From Amphiscolops sp. MND2022 (taxonomy: Eukaryota): 64,000 nucleotides of DNA. Below, piece by piece: positions 53,701 through 64,000 of the stretch (position 1 is the first letter of the stretch; each line of letters starts with the position of its first letter). The stretch spans positions 70,930,001 through 70,994,000 of the forward strand of contig OZ076409.1 of assembly GCA_964187785.1 (NCBI GenBank). The letters are read 5' to 3'. Made by a program: the position numbers and the translations under genes. The notes below the pieces were generated by a model. It had not been told where the DNA came from and ran no database searches. It worked only from the letters and a program-made list of their open reading frames with translations.

Positions 53701-54635
53701 CGGAAATGACCGTTATGTGGGTAAATTTGCAATTTTTATACTTTTTGAAGGGCATTTAGATGCGGAAGGAGTGGTAATAGGTGCTTGGACACTATATGAA
53801 GGAAGGGAGGACGTGAGGCGAGCTTTCGAAAATAACCGTTATGTTGACCCCAAAGTCCCCCTGGTACCGGAAGTGACCCGTAATGGTCAAATTTCGTGTT
53901 TAAAGGTTACAAATGTTTGGTGTTTTATGGATAACAGTGCCTATTAGGTGTTTCGACGGTCTGCAGTCGTGAACATAGTCATGAAACCTTGTGGGGGGTA
54001 ACGGGTTATAGCACCGGAAGTCCAAACCGTTGGCGACAGGATAAGTTTTTTGGTTTTAAAATGTCTTTCGGCCTACTTTTGTCGACTATTATGGACTATT
54101 TTTGGAAAATAAAGTTTTTCCATATAGTTTCAGAGACTCCGAAACCTCAACCAACATAACCGTTACCTTATGATAGCCTTTCAAGTTGGCCTGGTGTCAA
54201 CTTGGAAGGGCTATCCTTCAAAAATCATTAATCCAGTGTGTTTTTGAGTATGCTTGTTTTACTTTAGAATCAATTAGAGCTTCAAGAAAAGATTGCCAAC
54301 GACAAAAACTATGTCGTGATGATTCCGTTATTAGAATAATAGTTACCAAAATGTTGATAAAGTTGATTTTTTACATTTCAAATATGTCCTAAATGCCAGA
54401 AAACCTCTTTACCAAACAAATGGTATTGATTGAATTGTATATAGCAGCTAATAAAAGTTCAAATTGAATACTACGTTTCATTATGCAAGCTGAAATGTCA
54501 TATTATAGTTTCATTAACGTCAACGCCACATACTTTACATCAACGCCCACCGTCTGTGGGCATGCCGAGGCATGCCCTTCGACGACGTATACCAAATTCC
54601 TCCAACACAACACCCCCGAGCGCGTTAGCAGCTAG
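38782..54635 (+). mobile_element. Eight family L cassettes (ends at 40781, 42756, 44751, 46744, 48714, 50689, 52660, 54635)
   Basis: L head, body and terminal module; 1970-2000 bp each. Confidence 0.6.
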
Positions 54636-57600
54636 GTGGAGGTTATTTTATAATAATTAATGTGTTTTTTTCCGGAGTTTGTGGCTTTGGAAAAAACAAA
54701 AGGCGAGAAATCGGGCACTCCGGGCTGAACCGTATACACTCAAATTTCGCCCATTTTTTATACGATCTCGAAACTCAGCCGTACGATTTGGCTGAAAATT
54801 TGCATGCGGCTACAAATTGAGATTCTAAGAACTATTTCCTGGTGACATTTTTTTGAAATTTTTGTGTACGTTTCCCCCCCGCCCCCTAAAGGGGCCAATT
54901 TTCCCCACTTTTGCACTTATGAGTCAAATTCTCAAAACTGGTGGATCTGAGCGTATTCCCGCCGGGGACAACTTTTAACAAACGCTCCTCAGTAGACCTT
55001 CATGACTTTTTACTTTGGTGGTACGTTCACCCCCCGAGGAGGAAATTGCGTTTTTGTGACTTCCGGTCGAGGCTTTTTTCACCCAAAAATTAGATTTAAG
55101 CCAGTTTTGAGCAGGAAGGAGTGGATTTAAAGTGCCTGTACCCTGCTAAAAATTTGTTGGGCTTGTAGCGATATATCTCATACCAAGTCTGGTTTTCACC
55201 CCCAAACCCCCCTTGAGACCAAAATTCACCCAAAGTTTTTTACCTCTGTTTGTAGTTTTTTTACCGAATATCGTCATTTCCATGGGTAAGGAGTTGAATT
55301 AGGGGCTCCTAATAGGGTACCAATGTTCAAGTACACTTGCAGTGCAACTGATTGACCCTTTTTGGGCCTCTCCTGTGTTCGGCAAGGACCGGAAGCGGTG
55401 TAACCCCCCCTTTTTTGACGTTTGTTGACCTTGAGACTCGCGCTTAGATGACGTTTATGTCGCGCGAATCCTACAAACAAGTATTAGGATGACATGCTAG
55501 CCAACTAGAGAGCAGTAAGGGAAACAATATTATACCGGAAGTAACCCCCCGTGACCGGAAGTTGTCATTTTTGACCGCAAATGGTCCAAAACCTAGCGTA
55601 AAAGCAGTTTTTCATTGCTTTTAAAGTCAACTTCTTACATTTTTCAATCTGCGCGAGCTTTTCTTCAGGTTCGTTTTTGTTGCCAGTGCACAGCAACGAA
55701 TATACAACTGTAAAATTTTCGCTATAAAATTGTCGGAGAGAGAAATAACGGATTATTTGGACTTTTTTTCAAAAATATTAGTCTACATCTGTCATTTTTA
55801 CCCAATGTTACTCAACAGTAGAACCACAGGTTTTATTCTCTGCCCAAAAATATGCCTAACAAATTCACCTGTCCCTTTGGTTGCAGTTTGAGCATTCTAG
55901 CTTTACCTGGTCACAAGTTAGGGGACTTGAAAAAGTTTCAAAAATTTTTCCGAAAAATTTTTCTAAACGTCATGTCTCCCAAAGTTAAGAAACTTCCGCA
56001 CAACTAGGATTACAAGTGAATGCACGTGGTAAGACCTATAATTGGAGAGAAAAATTCAGTTTGGAACGTCTCTTTATCGTAACGTGACGTTAAGAGAAGT
56101 TGCTTTGAATGCGAGCTTGATGAGACGTCGAGAAGTAACAGTGTGTAAATGGAACCTATGTCTCGACAAATACTCATCGGAATACATGAGATGAACCCCA
56201 ATTACCCTCAATTTCAGTTGCCTAGTACAACAACGTCTTCCAAGGACCCTTTAATCTTTTTGATAAGCGTTGAAGTCATCATTAGCTTGAGTTCGCAAGA
56301 AACAATTGAGTACATTCTCATCTCTCCCCATCGGGTGAGATGAGAATGTTTTTGCTAAAAGCCAGGTACTACGGCCCAATTTTGTTTTATTGCGACGCAT
56401 TCTGTGCTTTAGCACATAGATACTTTTATTCCGTCTCACTTTTTGTATACACTCTGATTTGTTGTTATAAATTTCTCGTCATTACTTTACATAAACTAAT
56501 TACCATAAAACTTTAACGTCAAAGCCACATTCATTTAGACGCCCACCATTCCGTAGGTATGCCGAGGTATGCCATTCAAAGATGTATGTCAAACGCAAAT
56601 GCGATAAAATTAGTGCTGAAAATCGGAAACAGTGACAAACAGTTTTGACTTTTTGATATTTGTTAGGTTTTCATATGGAACTTACACATCACTGACAATT
56701 CAAAACATTCCAGCTGACGCTCACATACAAACATCAACGCCCACCGTCTGTGGGCATGCCGAGGCATGCCCTTCGACGACGTATAGCAAATTCCTTTAAT
56801 ATCTACACCCAATTGCGGTAGCAGCTAGGTGGAGGTTATTTTATAATAATTAAAGTGTTTTTTTCCGGAGTTTGTGGCTTTGGAAAAAACAAAAGGCGAG
56901 AAATTGGGCACTCCGGGCTGAACCGTATACACTCAAAATTCGCCCAATATTTATACGATCTCGAAACCCAGCCGTACGATTTGGCTGAAAATTTGCATGC
57001 GGCTAAAGAATCAGATTCTAAGAATTATTTCCTGCTGACAATTTTTTGAAATTTTTGTGTACGTTTCCCCCCCGCCCCCTAAAGGGGTCAATTTTCCCCA
57101 ATTTTGCACTTATGAGTCAAATTCTCAAAACTGGTGGATCTGAGCGCATTCCCGACGGGGACAACTTTTAACAATCGCTCTTCAGTAGACCATTTTGAAT
57201 TTTTACTTTGGTGGTACGTTCACCCCCCAAGGAGGAAATGGCGTTTTTGTGACTTCCGGTCGAGACTTTTTTCACCCAAAAAATAGAAATAAGCCAGTTT
57301 TGAGCAGGAAGGAGTGGATTTAAAGTGTCTGTACCCTGCTAAAAATTTGTTGGGCTTGTAGCGATATATCTCATACCAAGTCTGGTTTTCACCCCCAAAC
57401 CCCCCTCGAGACCAAAATTCACCCAAACGTTTTACCTCTATTTGTGGTTTTTTCACAAAATGTCGTCATTTCCATCGGCAAAGATTTGAATTAGGGGCTC
57501 CTAATAGGGTACCAAAGTTCAAGTACACTTGGAGTGCAACTAAGTGACCCTTTTTGGGCCTCTCGTGTGTTCGGCAATGACCGGAAGTGGTATTAACCCC

Positions 57601-59019
57601 CCTTTTTTGACGTTTGTTGACCTTGAGACTCGTGCTTAGATGACGTTTATGTCGCGCAAATCCTACAAACCAGTATTAGGATGACATGCTAGCCAACTAG
57701 AGAGCAATAAGGGAAACTATACTATACCGGAAGTAACCCCCTCTTGACCGGAAGTTGTCATTTTTGACCGGAAATGGTCCAAAACCTAGCGTGAAAGCAG
57801 TTTTTCATTGCTTTTAAAGTCAACTTATTACTTTTTTCACTCTGCGCGAGCTTGCCTTCAGGTTCGTTAGTGTTGCCCGTGCACACTGCAACAAATATAC
57901 ATCTGTAACATTTTCGCTATAATATCGTCGGAGAGAGAAATAACGGGTTTTTGGGATTTTTTTCAAAAATATTAGTCTTTATCTGTCATTTTTACCCAAC
58001 GTCGTTATTGAACAGTAGAACCATAGGGGTTAGTCTTTGCCCAAATATATGCCTAACACAAGCACTTGTCCCATTGGTTGCAGTTTGAGCGTTCTAGCTT
58101 TGCCTGGTCACAAGTTAGGGGACTTGAAAAACTTTCAAAATCATTTCCGAAATTTTTTTCTATACGTCACGTCTCCCAAAGTTAAGAAACTTCCTCACAA
58201 CTAGGACTGCAAGTGAAAGCATGTGGTAAGACCTATAAATGGAGAGAAAAACTCCGTTTAGAACGTCTCTTTATCGTAACGTGACGTTAAGAGATGTTGC
58301 TTTGAATGTGAGTTTGATAATGCGTCGAGAAGTAAAAGTGTGAAAATGGAACCTTTGTCTCGATAAATACTCATCGCAATACTTGCGATGAACCCCAATT
58401 ACCCTCAGTTTCAGTTGCTTAGTACATCAACGTCCTCCAAGGACCTTTATCTATTTTGAAAAGTGTCGAAATCATTATTAAAATCAGTTATCAAGAAACA
58501 CTTGAGTACATTCTCATCTCTCCCCATCGGGTGAGATGAGAATGTTCTTGCTAAAAGCCAGGTACTACGGCCCCCTTTTGTTTTGATGCGATGCATTCTC
58601 TGCTTTAGCACATAGATATTTTATTTCGCCTCATTGTTTGTATACTCTCTGACTTGTTGTTATAAATCTCTCGTCATTACTTTACATAAATATACAACCG
58701 AAAATCATCATCGTCACGCCACATACATTTAGACGCCCACCATTCCGTAGGTATGTCGAGGCATACCTTTCGATTACGAATGTCAAAACGCAAACGCGAT
58801 AAAAAGTGATGAATGTCTGAAACAGTGACAAACACTTTTGACTATTTGACATATGGTAGGTTTTAATATGGGAGTTACACATCACTGACATTTCACATCA
58901 TTCCAGCTGACGCCCACATACCAACAACAACGCCCACCGTCCGTGGGCATGCCGAGGCATGCCCTTCGACGACGTATGCCAATTTCTGTAAATCTACACC
59001 CAATTGCGGTAGCGGCTAG
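54636..59019 (+). mobile_element. Two family X cassettes (54636-56828, 56829-59019)
   Basis: Homologous to 36590-38781 over the full length; the second is visibly closer to 36590-38781 than to its neighbour. Confidence 0.6.
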
Positions 59020-62000
59020 GTGGCCGGAAATTTTTTTTTCATCAAAATCTTTGCCATTGGGGGAGGGGCCCCGGATGGCCAGTAGTACGGCATAGCTCCC
59101 TACGGAATCCAGGCAGAAAAAACGTGATTTTGGAAACTAGCCGTCAGAATTTGCTCAAATTTTGCATACGGCTTCCTATAACAATCCTAAGAACTAATCC
59201 CTACTGGCATTTTGCCCAAAAAACGCAAAAAGTTGGTCAAAATCTTAGTTTTTTGGTCAAAAAATGGCAATTTTTCGAAAAAAAATTTTTTCAGAGACAA
59301 TTACTCGTAGCTGGTTCACCTAGCGCAAAAACGCCTAGCTGATTTATTGTTGGGCACTTCATGAGGAGTGCGTATACAAATTTTCGTCCAGATCCGAAAA
59401 AAAATGACTAAGTATTAGCCGGAATTCGGACGCATTTTTTCGCAAATTTTTGAAAACCTAGTCTATCTCTGCCGTTTTTTGCCCAGAATTTTTTCCAGGT
59501 CCTCTCCTAAAGGCCTCCCCTGGCCGGTTTACTTCCCAGAAAAACCATTTGGCCCTAAATACGGAGTTTCAGCGTTCTAGCATTCCCGGGCGAAAAGATG
59601 TGGGACTTAGAAAAAATTCAAAATTTTTCAAAAAATTTTTTTTTTCGTTTTCCGGCCCCCCAATGAAGGGGAACAACCCCCCAACGAGGATTTTTGGTGA
59701 ATTCACGTGGAAAGGCCTTGTTTTGTGGAGAAAATTGCCGTTAAGAGCGACTTTTTATCTTAACTTGACGTTGACCTCTGTCGTTTTGAATTTGATATTA
59801 GTATGTGTTGAGCATGTGAAAAGTTGATGATTTCAGTTGTTCTCTCGTGTTCAAGCCATTGAGATACAAGCGGTAGTGATCAAAATGTGATTTATCGCAA
59901 TTTGGTGGTGCTTTTGGTGTATTTTGATTCTTTTAAATAAAAAGTTGTTCTTTATATATTTGGTGTATTGATTCAAATTAACAAGAAACAGTTGAGTACA
60001 TTTCATCTCCCCCCTTGTGGGGGAGATGAGGATGTACCCGCTAAATGACACGCACAATGTCCCACTTTTACTTTTATGCGACGTTTTCTAGGCTTTTGCG
60101 CAAGCCCACTAATATTTAGACTGGTTTCCTTTTCTTTTACTCCAAAATTTTCCGTACTAACCACCTTACGCACCACCAGCTCAACGTAACATCTGTAACG
60201 TCAACGCCACACACTCTCACTAACGCCCACTGTCCGTGGGCATGCCGAGGCATGCCCTTCGACGACGTATGCCAAATAGCGCCACAGGGCGCAAACTTGT
60301 CCGCTAGGTGCCGGTGTTTTTCACGACAAAGAAAGTTGCGCGCTTTGGGTAGGGTCCCGGCGCGCTTTTGGGGTTCATTTTAACAACCTGATCTCCCGTT
60401 GCACGTATGTCCGATTTTCCAAACTATCCTACCAATTTTGCTGAAATTTTGCATGTGGGTCCCTATGGACATTCTAAGAACAAATCCCTACTGGCGTTTT
60501 GACCGGAAAATTTTTTTTGTTGACTTATTGACAATTTTAGGTGCCGAAAATGACGTTTTTTCAAAAAAAAAATTTTTAAGAGCCCATATCTCGCTCCCAG
60601 GTGCCCGGAGCGGGTCGCATGTGGACGTTGATATTGCTAGGCACTTCGTAAGGAGTCTGTAGACAAATTTTGGTTCAGATTGGATGAAAATTGATTGAGT
60701 AATAGCCGCAAATTGGACGCATTTTGTCGAATTTTTTCGAAAACCCAGTCTATCTCTGCCGTTTTTTGCCCAGATTTTTTCTAGACCCTCTCCTAAAGGC
60801 CTCCCCTGGCCGAATTACCTCCCAGAAAAACCATTTGGCCCTTTTGCCGCAGTTTCAGCGTTCCAGGATTCCCCGGGTAAAAGTAAAATGTCTTAGAATT
60901 TTTTCGAAAAATTTTCAAAATTTTTTTTTCAACTTCAGGCCTCCCAAAGTCAAGAAACGTCCACACAACTAGTATTGCAAGTGGATGCATGTGGAAAGTG
61001 CTCGAATAGACGAGAAAAATGAGCTATTATAAACCTCTGTAGGTCAACCTGACGTTGACTTATGACAATTTTAGTGTGAGCTTGCTATATGGTAAAAAAT
61101 TTCAAAATTGAAAATCGAAGCTAAGTCTCATCCAAAACTCATCGGAACACGTTCAATCCATCCCAGAGCGGTTTAATTCCAGCTATATAATGCAGCAACA
61201 CTATTCAAGACCATTTGATCCACTTACATTAGTTTTGACACCGTATTATTCATCCGAGAGCACAAAACAGTTGAGTACATTCCATCTCCCTTTCGGGGGA
61301 GATGAGAATGTACTCGCTAAAGTCCAGGTAATACAGCCCATATTTGTTTTTATGCGACGCTTTTATGGTTTGTATGCTAGTGCGTACACGTATTAATCTT
61401 TTAACATATTTTTTGTCGTCTGCAGTTTGCTTTTGACTTGACATAAACTGAACGTTTTGTCCTTACAACATACACATTACTAACGTCAACGCCCCATCCT
61501 TGCATCAACGCCCACCGTCCGTGGGCATGCCGAGGCATGCCCTTCGACGACGTATACCAAGATATACATAAGCGCGGTAGCCGCTAGGTGGCCGTGTCTT
61601 TTCGACGTGCTTTTGCATTGAGGAGTGGGTAGGGCCCCGCGACGACCTAGAAGAATTGGATGCTCACCGAAACGTGAAGAATTCTACGAGATCTCATAGT
61701 TTGAGCCATACGATTTTTCTGAAATTTGGCATGTGGCCTGGAATTGGTGAGTAGGTAAAACGTGTAGAAGGTAATTTTTCCCAAATTCCACTGTGAGAGG
61801 AGATATGGGCAAATAACGGACCCAAAAATGGGGAAAATGCACATTTTTCAACTTTGTCAGCCAATATCTCTTTTCCAGGTGCCCGTAGCGTTCCGCACGT
61901 GGACATCAATATTGCTCAGCGCTGTTGGAGGAGTGCGTGGACAAAATTTGGTTTAAATCGGACTTGAACTTGACGAGAAATTAACGGTTTTTTGGGCGTT

Positions 62001-64000
62001 TCCGGGGTAAATTTTTTAACGGTCCAGCTTATCTTTGCCATTTTTTCGAAAATGTACATGCCTAAAGGCCTCCCCCTGGCCGAATTTACTCCCAGCAAAC
62101 CCATTTGGCCCTAAATACGGAGTTTCAGCGTTCCAGCATTCCGGGGCGGAAAGTTGTGGGACTTGGAAAAATTTCAAAATTTTTTCAAAAAATTTTTTCC
62201 CGTTTTCCGGGCCCCCCAATGAAGGGGAACGACCCCCCCAACCAGTATTTTGAGTGAATTCATGTGGAACGCCCATGTTTGGAGGAGAAAAATGCCGTTT
62301 AGAACATCTTTTTATCTTAACTTGACATTGACTTATGACGTTTTGAATGTGATGTTAGGATATATGAAGCATGTTAAAAGTTGAAGTTTTGAGTCTTTAT
62401 CTCATCGGAAAACCATTGAGATACAAGCAGTTTTGCTAAAAACGATTTTCATTGTAGGTTAGCAGAGTATTAGTACACTTTGATGTCATTTGAGTATTTT
62501 TTTCTTCTATATAATAACTGTTTTTATGTATTTATTCCAATTTATCTCATCTTTTAACATCAAGCAGTTGAGTACATTTCATCTCCCTTTCGGGGGAGAT
62601 GAGAATGTACTCGCTAAAAACCTAATGCTATGGCGCCAATGTTTGGATGGGAAGTTTTCTATGCTTTGAAAAAATTTATTTTTAATTACTTGATTTTTTA
62701 AAACAATAATTAACATGAAGTACATTACTTGCTCCTACTACTACTACCACCATACATCTCTAACGTCAACGCCCCCTGCTTGCATCAACGCCCCATCGTC
62801 CGTGGGCATGCCGAGGCATGCCCTTCGACGACGTATGCCAATTGCCCAGTGCCACGCAGTCTTTCCCCGCTAGGTGCCGGTGTTTTTTTACACAATGGGG
62901 GAAGTTGCGCGGTTGGGGAGGGTCCCTGACGCGCTTCCGTGGTATCGGGTCTTTCAACCGATGAAAACGACATAAAAAATTGGGATCTCGTAAACTAGCC
63001 ATACGATTTGGCTGAAATTTGGCACACGTACCCCCCTCGGCACGGTGAAGATGATTCCCTACTGACGTTTTGCTCGCTAAACATTTTTTGTTGACCAAAA
63101 TAACGGTTTTTGGGGTAAAATTTTCAACTTTTTTTAAATTTCATCTTATATCTCGCCACGGGTACACGCTAGCGCTTCCAAACCTTGCTGACGAAAGTTT
63201 GCAAACTGTCTCAGGAATGCTGTGTGAAATTTTCAGCTCAATCGGACCTAAACTCGAGGAGATATAGCGTTTTTCCGGAGCGGGGGGGTTTCATTTTTCT
63301 AACGGTCCAGCTTATCTTTGCCATTTTTTCGAAAATGCACTCGCCTAAAGGCCTCCCCTGGCCGGTTTTATTCCCAGCAAAACCATTTGGCCCTAAATAC
63401 GGAGTTTCAGCGTTCCAGCATTCCCGGGCGAAAAGTTGTGGGACTTAGAAAATTTCAAAAATTTTCAAAAATTTTTTTTTCCGTTATTTGGGCCCCCAAA
63501 GTGGGGGAAAAGACCCCCAAACCAGTAAAGCAAGTGAATGCATGTGCAAAGCCCTTGTTTAGAGGAGAAAAATGCCGTTTAGAACGTCTTTTTATCTTGG
63601 CTCAACGTTGACTTATGACGTTTTGAAGGTGATGTTTGGAGGTGTAAAGCACGTGAATAGTAAACGTTATGAGTATTTATCTGATCTGAAAGCCATTGAG
63701 ATGCAATATGGTTTGCTCAGAACGTAATTCATGGCAGTTTGGCAATCAATCAACACCCTTTGTTGTCGTTTGACATATTTTTTTGTTGTTATAATAAAAA
63801 ATTTTGTGTATTTATTCATTTTTTTCTCATCAAATAACTTGAAACAGTTGAGTACATTCCATCCCCCCTTCCGGGGGAGATGAGAATGTACTCGCAAAAA
63901 GCACCGAACTACGGCCCTTACCTTCCCGAGCTACGCAGTATAAGGATTACATATTGGTTCCGACATTTTCATAGAGTTATATCTTGGTAATCTGTCTGGA
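59020..64000 (+). mobile_element. Family S cassettes: 59020-60307 (S2), 60308-61587 and 61588-62873 (two further divergent subtypes), 62874-64000 (partial)
   Basis: All share the CCTAAAGGCCTCCCCTGGCCG block and the GAGTACATT palindrome; the complete units have the terminal module and are 1280-1288 bp. Confidence 0.6.

Larger units (their letters stand above)
1..64000. repeat. Heterogeneous head-to-tail array of 1.3-2.2 kb non-coding cassettes (three families) joined at CTAG|GTG; extends past both window ends
   Basis: 35 junctions, last base of CTAG at 1192, 2464, 3756, 5030, 7003, 8979, 10946, 12233, 14226, 16196, 18170, 20164, 21440, 22726, 24698, 26670, 28660, 30653, 32645, 34616, 36589, 38781, 40781, 42756, 44751, 46744, 48714, 50689, 52660, 54635, 56828, 59019, 60307, 61587, 62873. 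All units are in the same orientation with no unique spacer DNA seen. Confidence 0.97.

Noticed and set aside
1074..62876. CRISPR array
   Set aside because: The conserved module is ~100 bp separated by 1.2-2.1 kb of mutually homologous DNA rather than unique short spacers; no cas genes.
174..63897. Recurrent 60-218 aa ORFs (e.g. MRRVGG..., MEAETS..., MWPEKNF..., 40344-41000)
   Set aside because: They recur only because the DNA is repeated; sister copies have stops and frameshifts; several span cassette junctions; no recognisable HUH, helicase, DDE, RT or tyrosine-recombinase motifs.
1..64000. rDNA, 5S, tRNA, snRNA or histone tandem repeat
   Set aside because: No recognisable conserved sequence of these genes and no Pol III A/B boxes seen.
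1..64000. Ordinary satellite DNA under concerted evolution, or a bacterial integron
   Set aside because: A simple satellite would not interleave three families at one exact 7-bp site. The cassettes lack ORFs and GTTRRRY/RYYYAAC attC cores, and no integrase is present, so the integron comparison is only an analogy.

Overview
The whole 64 kb is non-coding. It is a head-to-tail array of 34 complete and 2 partial 'cassettes' from three distantly related families: L (~1.97-2.00 kb, 22 complete + 1 partial), S (~1.27-1.29 kb, 9 complete + 1 partial) and X (~2.19 kb, 3 copies). The families are interleaved in irregular order. All 35 boundaries fall at an invariant CTAG|GTG (GCTAGGTG in 34 of 35), and family switches occur only there. 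Each unit ends in a shared ~100-bp module: two TCAACGCC direct repeats, the palindrome GGGCATGCC-GA-GGCATGCCC (19/20 match to a p53-family response element), GACGACGTAT, a hypervariable ~10-nt window, and one of a few tail types ending in CTAG. Each unit begins with GTG plus a hairpin whose stem covaries between families. No transposase or recombinase and no credible protein gene is visible; the ORF track consists of short repeat-derived ORFs that are broken in sister copies. Best reading (inference): a eukaryotic, probably animal, array of non-autonomous mobile elements that integrate site-specifically into their own junction, like an integron cassette array. The mechanism could be Helitron/HUH-like or tyrosine-recombinase-like, with later gene conversion between copies. 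Taxon, family identity and mechanism cannot be established from this window. Coordinates were read by hand (about +/-2 nt).
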